Positions 19,356-29,730 of a stretch of DNA of 64,000 bases are shown in pieces. The DNA is from Bacteriovoracia bacterium (lineage in GTDB: Bacteria; Bdellovibrionota; UBA1018; CAIPTA01). The translations under genes were made by a program, and so were the position numbers. Numbering within the stretch: the first letter of the stretch is position 1; the number at the start of each line of letters is the position of its first letter. The notes beneath the pieces are model-generated. The model was not told where the DNA came from and did no database searches. It worked only from the letters and a program-made list of their open reading frames with translations. The DNA is taken from positions 32,001-96,000 of the forward strand of contig JBFWVL010000002.1 of the NCBI GenBank assembly GCA_050246755.1, read 5' to 3'.

Positions 19356-20633
19356 CTATGGGAGCTGAAACCGCTTCTTCAGGCGCGCCAGCTGAGTGGC
19401 GCCGGCTTTCACCACGAAACGGGTGCCTTCTTCTTCGAAACTTTCGGAGATCACCAGCATATTCGCGCGGATTTGGCCCACCATTCCCTCGAGGCGATAA
19501 GGAACGAACACTTCTTCCTGAATCATGCGGTCTTCGAAAAATTTTACGATCTGCGCGCGAAGCTCCGCGATGCTTTCGGGCTCGAGTGCCGAAGACTGAA
19601 TGGCGTTCGGAAATTCCAATTTCAGGCGCTTGCGCTGCCCTTCGGGCACGCGATCGATCTTATTGAGCACGAGCAGGCTGGGAGTTTTTCCGGATCCCAC
19701 TTCTTTGAGGGCTTCGTCCACCACTTCGAGCTGGGTGCGAAAATTCGGATCGGCGGCGTCCACCACATAGAGTAGAAGGGAAGCATTATTCGCTTCATCG
19801 AGCGTAGAACGAAATGACGCCACGAGATCATGCGGAAGTTTTTTGATAAAGCCCACCGTATCCGAAACCAAAATACGGGGTAGGGTCTCCGGTTTCAGGG
19901 CTCTAACGGTGGTGTCGAGCGTGGCGAAGAGCTTGTCTTCTACCAGTACCTCGCTGCCGGTGAGGGCGCGCATGGTGGAGGATTTTCCGGCGTTGGTATA
20001 ACCCACTAGCGCCACGCAGGCGAGCTCGGCACGAGAGGCGCGGCTTTGGCTGAGCTCGTGGTCTAGTCCCGCGAGCTCTTTCTTCAGTTCCGCCAAACGA
20101 TCGCGCACGTTGCGCCGGCCCGTTTCGAGCTCGCTTTCCCCGCCGCCGCGGCCCTGCTGGCGTTCTCCGCTCGGGCCTACTTCGCGCAGGCGCGGGGAAA
20201 GATAATTGAGGCGGGCGATTTCCACCTGAAGGCGGGCGGCGCGGGTTTTGGCGTGGCGGCTGAAAATTTCGATGATCACGCCGGTGCGGTCGAGCACCTC
20301 CACTTTAAGGGCCGCTTCGATCACCCGTAGCTGAGAAGGACGGAGGTCGCAGTCGAATACCACCACATTGGCGAGTTCGATTCCTGGGGAAGTGGTATCG
20401 GCCGCAGCCGTAGTGAGCTGAGCTAATTCTTCCAGCTTTCCCGCGCCCACGGCGGAGGGGCCGGTGGTATTCGGCATCCGCTGGAACTCTTTGCCGATCA
20501 CGCGAAAACCCAGGGTGGTAACTAGGCGCTCGAGCTCCTCGATGGAATCGAGGGACTCTTCGTCGCTTACGTCGGGGGTTTTTACGGAAACCAGGAGGGC
20601 TTTGGGAATTTCTTTTTCGGTCTTAAACGTCAT
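19356..20633 (-). CDS. hflX: Ribosome-splitting GTPase HflX
   Basis: GYTNAGKS, LFATLDTT, DTVGFI, NKID. Confidence 0.93.
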   Translation of the reverse strand: MTFKTEKEIPKALLVSVKTPDVSDEESLDSIEELERLVTTLGFRVIGKEFQRMPNTTGPSAVGAGKLEELAQLTTAAADTTSPGIELANVVVFDCDLRPSQLRVIEAALKVEVLDRTGVIIEIFSRHAKTRAARLQVEIARLNYLSPRLREVGPSGERQQGRGGGESELETGRRNVRDRLAELKKELAGLDHELSQSRASRAELACVALVGYTNAGKSSTMRALTGSEVLVEDKLFATLDTTVRALKPETLPRILVSDTVGFIKKLPHDLVASFRSTLDEANNASLLLYVVDAADPNFRTQLEVVDEALKEVGSGKTPSLLVLNKIDRVPEGQRKRLKLEFPNAIQSSALEPESIAELRAQIVKFFEDRMIQEEVFVPYRLEGMVGQIRANMLVISESFEEEGTRFVVKAGATQLARLKKRFQLP

Positions 20634-20678
20634 TCGTCTTGGAATTAGACCAAGATTTTACCGGGAAAGCGAGGCCTC

Positions 20679-21536
20679 TTAACGGTCTTTGCGGAGGGAT
20701 TCGCGGAATTTTCCCGGGCTGGCCTTCGTATTGTTGCGAAAAAAACGGGCAAAATAATTGGGGTCGTCGAAGCCGAGAGCGTAACCGATGTCGGCAATGG
20801 GGTCTTCGGAATGGGCTAAGATTCGTTTGGCCTCGAGAAGAATTCGATCATGAATGATCCGCCGCGGTGGAGCGCCGACGGCCCTGCTTATTCTCATGGT
20901 GAGCACCTGGGCGGAAACACCTAGCTTTCGTGCGTAAAATTCCACCGAGTGCTCGTGGTGGAAGTGGCTTTCTACGAGTTCCTGGAAGCGCTCCGTTTCC
21001 GCGCTAACCTCCGGCATACGCGGGGAGGTGGAGCTGCGCCCCAGGGCAATCAATAAAATCCGCAAAAAATTCTCGTTCGCGAGTTCAAATAACGAAGGGC
21101 GATCGCGGAACTCGGCCAGCATCTCTTCCGCAAGGCTAAGAATTTTTTTCCGGTTGGCGCCGCTGACCTGCAACGAATCCGCGCTGCCGCGCAGCCACTG
21201 GAGGAGGGGGCCTTTCTCGCGAAGCGACTCCCCTGTGAACTCAATCACGTATCCTTTGGTGTTCTTCCCCAGCTGCCACGAGTGCACTTGTCCAGGCTTC
21301 ATCACGAAGATCTTTCCCGCCTCCACTTTAAGGCGGCGAAAATCAATTTCGTGCCAGCCCGACCCGGACTGGATTAACAGAATTTGGAAAAAATCGTGCT
21401 TATGGGGAAAGGGCACGCGGGGGCTGAGCCGCTCTTCGAGCTTTTCCGCGCGCACCGCGCCCCGGCCCACCTCCGCGATGCCGAGGGCGCGGAGAGGGTG
21501 TAGGATACCTAAGCTACTTGATTTCTTTACCGCCAT
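20679..21536 (-). CDS. AraC-family regulator with cupin domain
   Basis: PHKHDFF cupin; LGFDDPNYFARFF HTH. Confidence 0.92.
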   Translation of the reverse strand: MAVKKSSSLGILHPLRALGIAEVGRGAVRAEKLEERLSPRVPFPHKHDFFQILLIQSGSGWHEIDFRRLKVEAGKIFVMKPGQVHSWQLGKNTKGYVIEFTGESLREKGPLLQWLRGSADSLQVSGANRKKILSLAEEMLAEFRDRPSLFELANENFLRILLIALGRSSTSPRMPEVSAETERFQELVESHFHHEHSVEFYARKLGVSAQVLTMRISRAVGAPPRRIIHDRILLEAKRILAHSEDPIADIGYALGFDDPNYFARFFRNNTKASPGKFRESLRKDR

Positions 21537-21633
21537 TTTCCTCTTCGCCCATCCGCTCCACGTTCTCCAGGAGCTCGGTGATGGGAAATATACTCAGGAA
21601 CGTAAGCAACGCTATTTTTAGCATTTTTTTCAT
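21514..21633 (-). CDS. 39-aa ORF with signal-like N-terminus, possibly a remnant
   Basis: GAGG RBS; MKKMLKIALLTFLSIFPITELLENVERMGEEENGGKEIK; overlaps the AraC start. Confidence 0.35.
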   Translation of the reverse strand: MKKMLKIALLTFLSIFPITELLENVERMGEEENGGKEIK

Positions 21634-21740
21634 ATTTCTACCTCTCTTACTAATTCTACCTGCGGGAAACGAATCCGACAGGGACGGGCTTCGCGCGTAC
21701 TAGCACAAATTTCACAATATTGGCCGCGGGGATGGTAGGA

Positions 21741-21998
21741 ATGAGTATGGACGAGCCCAAGAAAATCAGGAAAAAAGACCCGCTCGAAGGCGTGACCTTG
21801 GAAAAGTTACTCACCGAGCTCGTGGAGCACTACGGTTGGGAAACGCTGGGCCAGGAAATCCGCATTAATTGCTTCAGCAACGATCCGAGCATCAAATCCA
21901 GCCTTACGTTTTTGCGGCGTACGCCCTGGGCGCGCACGAAGGTGGAAAAATTATATCTCAGCTATTTGCGCGAGAAGCAGAATCCAGAGGAATGGTGA
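21741..21998 (+). CDS. VF530/DUF2132 family protein
   Basis: [30 protein letters not shown]. Confidence 0.9.
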   Translation: MSMDEPKKIRKKDPLEGVTLEKLLTELVEHYGWETLGQEIRINCFSNDPSIKSSLTFLRRTPWARTKVEKLYLSYLREKQNPEEW

Positions 21999-23565
21999 CG
22001 GAGAAGGTGGATCCGGAGCCGAGCTCGCTGGCCACGCTGATCGTGCCCCCATGGGCCGCCACAATTTGCCGGGTGATATAGAGGCCTAGCCCCAGCCCGC
22101 TGATATTCTTGGAGGAGATCGCGCGCTCAAAGCGCTCGAAAATTTTGTCGAGGTACTCGGGGCTGATGCCGATGCCGTGATCGATCACCTGCAAAAGCGC
22201 GGCGGGGCCTTCGGTTGAGATAATCACCTGAATTGGCTTGCCGTCGCCGTACTTCAACGCGTTAGTGAGGAGGTTTTCCATCACCTGAGAAAGACGGGAA
22301 GTATCTCCACGCACCAGTAAAGAAGGTGGCGCCTGCAGGCTCACGGGAGAGCCTCGTTCCTCGGCCTGCGTGCGCAGCATGCTCAAGGTTTCCGTAACTA
22401 CGGCCACCAGATCCACCGGCGCGAGCGCGAATTGGAGCTTGCCGAGGGCGATCTTGGAGACGTCTAGCATTGATTCCACCAGCTGGGACAAGCGATCGAT
22501 TTGGCGGCTCGTGATCGTCACGAATTCGCGCATCTTGGCGGCGGGGTAATTCTCTCCGGTGATTTTCTTAAGGTCGCGTTCGAGGATTTGATTGCGTAGC
22601 TTCAGCGAAGTCAGGGGAGTCTTCAGTTCATGAGAGGCGATCGAAATAAACTCGTCGCGCACACGTATGTTTTCCGCAAGGCTGCGAGAGGAAATTCTTT
22701 CCTGCTCCATTTTCTTGCGGTCGCCGATGGGCTGCACGGTAACCAGGCGGACCTGTTTATTGCCGTCGGTGAAATTTTTAGCACGCACTTCAATATCTAT
22801 CGATCTCCCGTTTGCCCCTAGTCCCCGTGTTTCGTAAGGTGTTTGGTCGGCGAGACCGATTTTTTCCGCCGCGGATGCACGGTCGGCGGGATAAACGATA
22901 TCGAGGATGTCTTTGCCGACCAGGTCCTGCCGACTGATTCCTACCATTTTCGCTAGCGATTCATTGGCGTTTACGATCCGTCGGTTTTCGTGCACCAGCA
23001 CTCCCTCAAAGGTGGCATTGAACAGGAGCTGGAACTGCTCGTTGCTTTCGGCTAAGGCCCGGAGGGCTTTGAGCCGCGTGTGCATGCCGATATTAGCTTG
23101 CAGAACGATGGTGAGCAGGCCGGGAAGAAAAATGGAGTGGGAAAGAGAAGGAAGGAGGAGCGTGGCCGCGACTGACAGCGCGAGCACGAATCCCGAATAA
23201 AGCAGCAGCGCCGGCTCAGAAAGAAAACAATAGTTGATGGCCATCACGGTGATGAAAGCCCCGATGATCCAATTCGAATCTCCCCCATTGCGATAGAGGA
23301 GATAGAAAAAGTGCGCCGTGAGAAGCCAGACTCCTACATAGAGGAGCGGGCCGAGATGATTTTTCACGCGTTGACTGAAGTAGGAGAGGCCTAGGGCCAA
23401 AGCAAAAAATCCAACCACCGACAGGCGGGAGGAAAGGGGGTTGTAGTAGTTGGGGAGAAGGAGCTCCACTGCGAACCACCAAAGTAAATAAACGACCCCC
23501 GCCACTGCGTGGAGACGGCGCAATGTCACCAAATCTTTCCCTGGAATGGCCTCCATCGATGGCAT
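21958..23565 (-). CDS. Membrane PAS sensor histidine kinase
   Basis: About 5 [29 protein letters not shown]. Confidence 0.92.
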   Translation of the reverse strand: MPSMEAIPGKDLVTLRRLHAVAGVVYLLWWFAVELLLPNYYNPLSSRLSVVGFFALALGLSYFSQRVKNHLGPLLYVGVWLLTAHFFYLLYRNGGDSNWIIGAFITVMAINYCFLSEPALLLYSGFVLALSVAATLLLPSLSHSIFLPGLLTIVLQANIGMHTRLKALRALAESNEQFQLLFNATFEGVLVHENRRIVNANESLAKMVGISRQDLVGKDILDIVYPADRASAAEKIGLADQTPYETRGLGANGRSIDIEVRAKNFTDGNKQVRLVTVQPIGDRKKMEQERISSRSLAENIRVRDEFISIASHELKTPLTSLKLRNQILERDLKKITGENYPAAKMREFVTITSRQIDRLSQLVESMLDVSKIALGKLQFALAPVDLVAVVTETLSMLRTQAEERGSPVSLQAPPSLLVRGDTSRLSQVMENLLTNALKYGDGKPIQVIISTEGPAALLQVIDHGIGISPEYLDKIFERFERAISSKNISGLGLGLYITRQIVAAHGGTISVASELGSGSTFSVTIPLDSASRANS

Positions 23566-23670
23566 CGGCTGAATCTAGAGGAATTTTTTTTAGAATGCTA
23601 CCGATAATGAGCCGCGTTAGGCTCTGCGCATTATCGCCGCAATTCTTGTTTGGTATGTAATACTATTCTT

Positions 23671-24447
23671 ATGGATACGCCCATTTTCTTAGCCTTATTG
23701 GGCAGTTTGGTGACCATTTTGTCTACGAGCCTGGGAGCCCTGCCAGCGCTCGCGGCACGCCGAGTTTCGGAACGCACGCAAGATACCCTCATGGGATTTA
23801 GCGCCGGAATCATGCTGGCGGCGGCGTCTTTTTCTCTGATCAATCCCGCGCTGCGCCTTACCGCGGAAAGCTCCGGGCGAGTGAACGGATCTTTGCAGGT
23901 GGGAGCGTTCATGCTTGGCGGGGCGCTCTTTCTGCACCTCTGCAATCGTTTCATTCCCCACGAACATTTTTCTACGGGGCGCGAAGGTGGGCCGTCCCAA
24001 ATTCAGCTAAAGCGCATTTGGCTTTTCGTGTTTGCCATCACCCTCCATAATTTCCCGGAAGGCCTCGCGGTGGGAACCGGCGTTGGCAGCCAAAGCCTAA
24101 AGCTAGCGCTGCCGATTCTCGTGGGCATCGGCCTGCAGGATCTGCCGGAAGGTTTCGTGGTGGCGATGGCGCTGCTCACGGTGGGGTATTCTTCGCGCCA
24201 GGCGATTGGCGTGGCCGTGCTCACGGGTTTGGTGGAGGGTTTCGCGGCGCTTTTGGGTTACTGGGCGGTGGTGGAAGTACGTTCGATTCTTCCCTGGGCG
24301 CTGGCCCTTGCTGGTGGTGCCATGCTCTACGTGGTGAGCGACGAGATGATTCCCGAGAGCCACCATAAAGAACACGCCAAGTACGCCACGGGCGGCCTCA
24401 TGGTGGGATTCGTGCTGATGATGATTTTGGATTCGGCGCTGGGTTAA
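23671..24447 (+). CDS. ZIP-family (ZupT/GufA) metal transporter
   Basis: PHEH, LHNFPEG, QDLPEG, EMIPE. Confidence 0.92.
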   Translation: MDTPIFLALLGSLVTILSTSLGALPALAARRVSERTQDTLMGFSAGIMLAAASFSLINPALRLTAESSGRVNGSLQVGAFMLGGALFLHLCNRFIPHEHFSTGREGGPSQIQLKRIWLFVFAITLHNFPEGLAVGTGVGSQSLKLALPILVGIGLQDLPEGFVVAMALLTVGYSSRQAIGVAVLTGLVEGFAALLGYWAVVEVRSILPWALALAGGAMLYVVSDEMIPESHHKEHAKYATGGLMVGFVLMMILDSALG

Positions 24448-24464
24448 TTTGTGACGGAGAAAGT

Positions 24465-25514
24465 ATGAAGACTTTTATACTAGGGGCGGGAGCGAGTTAC
24501 AACTACGCTTATCCGTTAGGCGCGGGCTTGGTGGACCGTTTGATTCGAAGCGCCGAACCTCCCGACCCGCTATACGCCTCGTTGCACGAGCTTTCCCAGG
24601 CGGCAAGGGTGAACGTTTCCGCTGATATGCTGCGAATGTTTGCCGATGATTTTCATGCATCGGGAAGGCCATCCGTAGATGCATTTCTCTTTGATAGAAA
24701 AGAAGACTATGGAGACCTCGTAAAGGTAGCCGTGGCCACTCTATTCTCTGACATAGAGAATAGATTTCCCATCATTGTAAGAAGAGGCGCCGGTGATCAG
24801 ATGGCGATTGGCGCCCATGTGCGCGCGGGAACGGATAATTATTGGGACGAAGCTGCAAATACTACTGCCTGGTATAAACCCTTTTTCAACGCCATTTTCT
24901 CCAATAAAGCGGAATGCTTTAGGGGAGACATTAAGATCATTACCTTTAACTATGACCGTTCATTCGAATTTCATCTAGAAGCGTTCTTGAGGTCCATTGG
25001 TCTAAGCACTTCTGATATCGAGAGGGTATTTGCCAATCTAGAGATCATTCACGTGTATGGCTGCCTTGGTTTTCATCCCGCGCACCTCGAAGCGAAGAAA
25101 AAGGGTGCGGTGGTTAGAGCCTATGGCGATAAAAATGTGACGCACTTATGCAATTCACTCCATATGCTCACCTTCATTGGAGATAATCCCGGACGTGCCG
25201 AAGAGATTAAGGAAATAACCAGTGCATCGAAAGAAATTTATTTCGTGGGGTTCGGGTTTTCTGCTGATAATTTGAAAATTCTTGGAATGAAAATGAAAAC
25301 AAGCGAACGGGCTGTGATGGCGTCCACCTTGGCCGGCAACGACTGGAGTTTTGACCGTGTAGTATTCGCGCAAAGGCTTGGCATTCGCCCTGAGAAAATA
25401 TTTCCCAATATGCGAATAACGGCATCTCAATTCGTTTCACGCGTGATAGGGCCACGATTCGCCATGAATTTGACCCTACAGGAAGCGAGAAATATTGGAT
25501 TCGGAAGTTTTTAG
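24465..25514 (+). CDS. SIR2-like / AbiH-like domain protein
   Basis: FILGAGAS, IITFNYD, IHVYG, FVGFGF; more AT-rich than its neighbours. Confidence 0.7.
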   Translation: MKTFILGAGASYNYAYPLGAGLVDRLIRSAEPPDPLYASLHELSQAARVNVSADMLRMFADDFHASGRPSVDAFLFDRKEDYGDLVKVAVATLFSDIENRFPIIVRRGAGDQMAIGAHVRAGTDNYWDEAANTTAWYKPFFNAIFSNKAECFRGDIKIITFNYDRSFEFHLEAFLRSIGLSTSDIERVFANLEIIHVYGCLGFHPAHLEAKKKGAVVRAYGDKNVTHLCNSLHMLTFIGDNPGRAEEIKEITSASKEIYFVGFGFSADNLKILGMKMKTSERAVMASTLAGNDWSFDRVVFAQRLGIRPEKIFPNMRITASQFVSRVIGPRFAMNLTLQEARNIGFGSF

Positions 25515-26578
25515 AACGCCTCGATGAATTTCCATAAGCTTTCGCCAATGGCGTTCACGTACTTAGGAATTTCCGTAGGAGAAGGAATCTTTTCCTGTCC
25601 CATCTCGATCGCGATGCCGGCGGTGCCGGCTTTCCAATAGTAGTAATCCGCGCTGGATCCCGGGGCGATATAGATCACGTCGGAAATAGGGCCATAGGCA
25701 TAGTGGTTTTGCGCCGCCATGCTTTGCGTGAGGGAGTGCAGCTTCGCCTTGGTATTGGAATCGATTGGATCGTGGGTATAGGCCCAGGGGTACATGATCA
25801 TTTCTCCGTAGGCGTGGAAGTCCAGCGAGGCCACGGGTTTGATCGTCTCGAATAATTTAATGATACCCGCGATGCTCGCCGTGGGCGTGGCATTTTCCAC
25901 GCCCGGGTAAGGGTAGGAGCGGTTCGGATCCGCGTTTCCATCGAAGCGGCGGGTAGCCGAAAATCCATCCACGTTGAGCACCGGCACGAAATAAAGGTCG
26001 TGCCGGTCGATCATTTGGGTGAAGCGCTCATTGCTTCCGTAGCCCGCGAGGAGCTGATCGATGAGGTTCATCGTAACTTCGGTGGTGATGAGCTCATCAC
26101 CGTGCGTGGCGGCCGTGATCATGAGCGCGGGCTTTGGCGCAGATCCGATATTTAGGCGCAACGCAAGGAGCGGCTTTCCGGAAGCGGACGTTCCGTACTG
26201 CACCACTTTGGCGAAAGGGTACTTGAAGGAGCTGGAGCGCATCCAGTTCTGCACTTCCACGAGGGTGCGGTAGCCGCGGGCTCCATCGAACGCAAAGAGG
26301 CCGTTTTTGAAAGAAGCGAGGCGCTTCTGGTTCGCGGCGGCCATATCCGCCTCGACCAATTTCGCGCGGGGAGCAATCGCGAGAAGCAATTCGGCCTGTT
26401 CTTGGGGGACCACGACTTCAAAGGCGCCGTCGTGGTGGTGGTCGAGGTTAAAGTATTTGGCTACCGAAGCGATCGTGGCGGCGTCGGGGCTTTCTAGCTC
26501 GTAGCTGGAAAGGATCGAGTCCTCGGCTTGGGCAGAAATAGATAGAACGGTAAGTGCGGCAATAAATAGGTATTTCAT
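25511..26578 (-). CDS. Secreted M14 zinc carboxypeptidase
   Basis: Signal peptide; HGDE, NVDG, DPNR, DFHAY, GSSADY, IEMG. Confidence 0.9.
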   Translation of the reverse strand: MKYLFIAALTVLSISAQAEDSILSSYELESPDAATIASVAKYFNLDHHHDGAFEVVVPQEQAELLLAIAPRAKLVEADMAAANQKRLASFKNGLFAFDGARGYRTLVEVQNWMRSSSFKYPFAKVVQYGTSASGKPLLALRLNIGSAPKPALMITAATHGDELITTEVTMNLIDQLLAGYGSNERFTQMIDRHDLYFVPVLNVDGFSATRRFDGNADPNRSYPYPGVENATPTASIAGIIKLFETIKPVASLDFHAYGEMIMYPWAYTHDPIDSNTKAKLHSLTQSMAAQNHYAYGPISDVIYIAPGSSADYYYWKAGTAGIAIEMGQEKIPSPTEIPKYVNAIGESLWKFIEAF

Positions 26579-26650
26579 GATTCCCTCTATGGAAATCATC
26601 TGGGGTAGAGGGGCGGAACGCAATCCTCTGTAAGGAAGCGTTAGGAGAAT

Positions 26651-26666
26651 CGGCCCAAATTATGCA
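26651..26666 (+). promoter_or_regulatory. sigma54-type promoter
   Basis: CGGCCCA-AATT-ATGCA (GG-N10-GC) about 35 nt upstream of ATG 26701. Confidence 0.55.
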
Positions 26667-26700
26667 AATCCGAGGGCAAACGACCTTAAAAGGAGGATCT

Positions 26701-26904
26701 ATGCCACAAGGAAGCAAATCTAGTTATACGAGCAAACAGAAACGCCAAGCCAAGCACATTGAAGACAGCGAGAAGAAGAGCGGAAAATCCGCCAAGTCCG
26801 CCGCCCGCATCGCTTACGCCACGGTGAATAAGCAGGACGGGGGAGGGAAGAAATCCGGCTCCGGCCGCAAAAGTTTCAGCCACGGCCATCGCGCAGCGGC
26901 TTGA
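26701..26904 (+). CDS. Small basic protein (family often labelled 'plasmid stabilization protein')
   Basis: AGGAGG RBS; YTSKQKRQAKHIE..RIAYATVNK..GGGKKSGSGR. Confidence 0.8.
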   Translation: MPQGSKSSYTSKQKRQAKHIEDSEKKSGKSAKSAARIAYATVNKQDGGGKKSGSGRKSFSHGHRAAA

Positions 26905-26964
26905 GCTTCGAAACCGGCCGCCAGATACTAGCGGCCGGTTGAATGAAAAAATCTGGAGAATAGT

Positions 26965-27315
26965 ATGAGAATTTTTATGGCGGTTTTCCTCGGCTCTTCT
27001 TCCGCAATGAAAGAATGGGAATCCCTGAGCGCGGAAGAAATGAGAAAACGGCAGGTGGCCGGCCAGGAAGCTTGGGGAAATTGGGTGAAGAAGAACCAAG
27101 CCTCGATCGTAGAGCATGGCTCTCCTCTAGGGAAGACGCTGAAGGTAAATTCCAGTGGAGTTTTGCCAACCAAAAATGCATTAACCGCGTATACGGTGGT
27201 GAGAGCCGACTCTCACGAAACCGCCGCAAAGCTATTTTTAGAGCACCCACATTTCACCATCTTCCCGGGAGATTCCGTGGAAGTGATGGAGTGCTTACCG
27301 ATTCCAAAAGTATAA
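26965..27315 (+). CDS. YCII-related protein
   Basis: PLGKT..YTVVRADSHE.AAKLF..HPH..VEVMECLPIP. Confidence 0.75.
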   Translation: MRIFMAVFLGSSSAMKEWESLSAEEMRKRQVAGQEAWGNWVKKNQASIVEHGSPLGKTLKVNSSGVLPTKNALTAYTVVRADSHETAAKLFLEHPHFTIFPGDSVEVMECLPIPKV

Positions 27316-27322
27316 GCTCGCG

Positions 27323-29656
27323 CTAAGTTTTTAGATTTTTCTTCAGCGAAGCCAAGCCAGCGAAGGCATTGTTCTTCAGTTCCTGAACCTTCGGCGGAGG
27401 AGGGGGCGTCGATCCGCGAGGGCCACGCGAGCCTCCGCTGGAAGCGCTGGTGCCTGTGGGCCGAGCGCCCGTGTTCGTATTCGCTTCCTTCTTCATCGAG
27501 AGGGCAATTTGGTTCTTCTCGAAATTCACTTCGAGCACGCGTACTTGCACCTTATCGCCGGGACTCACCACTTCACGGGGATCCTTCACGAAGGTATCGC
27601 TGAGCTGTGAAATATGAACGAGTCCATCCTGGTGCACGCCGATGTCCACGAAAGCGCCAAAGTTGGTCACGTTGGTCACGATCCCTGGGCAAAGAATGCC
27701 GGGCTTCAGGTCTTTCACTTCGTGGATATCTTCGCGGTACTGAAAGGCCACGAATTCTTCCCGGGGGTCTCTTCCCGGCTTTTCCAATTCTTTCACCACG
27801 TCGGCATAGGTAAAGGCACCCACGTCTTGGGCAAATTGCTTATCGGCTTTCAGCGCCGCCACTCCGGGGCCGATCAGATCCGAAACTTTTTTTCCTAGGC
27901 GCTTGGCCACGGTTTCGAGGGCCGGGTAGCGCTCGGGGTGCACGCCCGTATTATCGAGGGGATTTTCGGCATTCGGGATACGCAGGAATCCGGCGCATTG
28001 CTCGAAGGCTTTCTCGGTAAAGCGGGGAAGCTCTTTTAGCTCGGCGCGGGACTTGAATAGTCCTTTTTTATCCCGGTGGCTCACGATGGTTTTCGCGAGC
28101 GAGCTCGAGATGCCGGAAATATGCGCCAGCAGATGAGAGGAGGCGGTATTCAAGTTTACTCCCACGGAGTTCACGCAAGAATCCACGACGAAATCGAGGG
28201 ATTTCTTCAGTTCGTTCTGGGAAACGTCGTGCTGGTATTGGCCCACGCCGATGCTCTTGGGGTCCACCTTCACGAGCTCGGCCAGCGGATCCTGTAAGCG
28301 GCGGGCAATCGAGATCGCGCCGCGCACCGTGAGATCGAGCTCCGGGAATTCCTCGCGCGCTACTTCGCTGGCGGAGTAAACGGAAGCTCCCGACTCACTC
28401 ACCATCACCACGGGTATCTTAATATCGTGTTTTTTGAATACTTCGCGGAAGAAGGTTTCGGTTTCGCGGCCCGCGGTTCCGTTCCCCACGGCCACGGCTT
28501 TCACGTTCGCGTTCTTCACCACTTCCTGGATCATTTTCTCGGCGGTGGATCTCTCCCCGGCGCTCTGGGTATGAATCACGGTAGAAGCCATGTACTCACC
28601 CGAATCCGAAACGAGGGCGAGCTTGCAGCCCGTGCGGATCCCGGGGTCCACGCCGAGCACGGATTTAGAACCGAAGGGGGAGGCGAGCAAAAGTTTGCGC
28701 AGGTTCTCGGCGAATACGTGAATGGCCGCTTCGTCGGCAATCTGTTTCAAGTTTTTATTCACTTCGTTTTCGATGCTGGGGAATACGTAGGCTTTGTAGG
28801 CAAGGAGCGCAGCGCGTTTCAGCAAGGCTGCACCGGGAGCAGATTCCACCTTCACGGCGGCGCGCTCGAAGTGCTGGAGATTTTTCTCGTGAAATTTGTC
28901 GGCCTCGGAGGCTCCATCGATGCCGAGGGTAAGCTCTTCTTCCGTCCAGCCGCGGCGCATGGCTAGGTAGCGGTGCGAGTTGGCGGGATTCTGGAGAGAG
29001 GCGATAGCCTCCACGTGATCGAAATAGCGCTCGAATTTGCTGTTGGGCTGGGGCTTTTTCCCTTTACCGGACTTCATATAGCCGGTTTTGAACGTAGTGG
29101 TGCGCACGAATTCCCGCAATTCAGGTTTCATCGAGAGCATCTCTACGAGGATATCCATGGTTTTTTCGAGCACGGTTTTGAGGTCGGGAACTTCTTTCTC
29201 TTTCGAGATGAATTCCATCGCTTTTACTTCCAGGGCGGCTTCGGCTTTTTCTTCACCCTGCGCCGTATTCCAAATCCAGAGAGCCAGAGGCTCGAGGCCG
29301 GCTTCTTTGGCCAGCATTGCCTTGGTTTTTCTTTTCTGTTTGTAGGGCAGATAAATTTCTTCGAGCTGATCGAGGTCGAAGGTAGAGGTCAGAATTTTTT
29401 TCAGTTCGGGGGTGAGCTTCTTTTGGTGCTCGATTTCGCCGAGAATGAAGGCCTGGCGCTTGAGCACGTTGTCCATCTCCTCTTTGGTCTCGATCACCTT
29501 CTGGACCATCACCTCGTCCATATTGCCGGTTTGCTCTTTGCGGTAACGGGCGATGAAAGCCACCGTGCCGCCCTCCGCGGCGAGCGTGAGAACCGTGCTC
29601 GCGTGGTGAAGGGAAATGCCGGGAATTTTTTTGCTCAACCAAGTTTGAAAATCCAT
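27323..29656 (-). CDS. tex: Tex-family RNA-binding protein
   Basis: FIARYRKE, GVDPGIRTGCK, SIARRLQDPLAELVK, C-terminal S1 domain. Confidence 0.95.
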   Translation of the reverse strand: MDFQTWLSKKIPGISLHHASTVLTLAAEGGTVAFIARYRKEQTGNMDEVMVQKVIETKEEMDNVLKRQAFILGEIEHQKKLTPELKKILTSTFDLDQLEEIYLPYKQKRKTKAMLAKEAGLEPLALWIWNTAQGEEKAEAALEVKAMEFISKEKEVPDLKTVLEKTMDILVEMLSMKPELREFVRTTTFKTGYMKSGKGKKPQPNSKFERYFDHVEAIASLQNPANSHRYLAMRRGWTEEELTLGIDGASEADKFHEKNLQHFERAAVKVESAPGAALLKRAALLAYKAYVFPSIENEVNKNLKQIADEAAIHVFAENLRKLLLASPFGSKSVLGVDPGIRTGCKLALVSDSGEYMASTVIHTQSAGERSTAEKMIQEVVKNANVKAVAVGNGTAGRETETFFREVFKKHDIKIPVVMVSESGASVYSASEVAREEFPELDLTVRGAISIARRLQDPLAELVKVDPKSIGVGQYQHDVSQNELKKSLDFVVDSCVNSVGVNLNTASSHLLAHISGISSSLAKTIVSHRDKKGLFKSRAELKELPRFTEKAFEQCAGFLRIPNAENPLDNTGVHPERYPALETVAKRLGKKVSDLIGPGVAALKADKQFAQDVGAFTYADVVKELEKPGRDPREEFVAFQYREDIHEVKDLKPGILCPGIVTNVTNFGAFVDIGVHQDGLVHISQLSDTFVKDPREVVSPGDKVQVRVLEVNFEKNQIALSMKKEANTNTGARPTGTSASSGGSRGPRGSTPPPPPKVQELKNNAFAGLASLKKNLKT

Positions 29657-29730
29657 AGGGGAAGAGCATAAGGACAAATTTTCAGAATCTCAATGCGAGA
29701 TCGGCTCTGATGCGAAGCGCATCGTAAAAT

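Noticed and set aside
26615-26642. EcfG-type GGAAC..CGTT promoter
   Set aside because: The spacer is 19 nt, too long; the sigma54 motif fits better.
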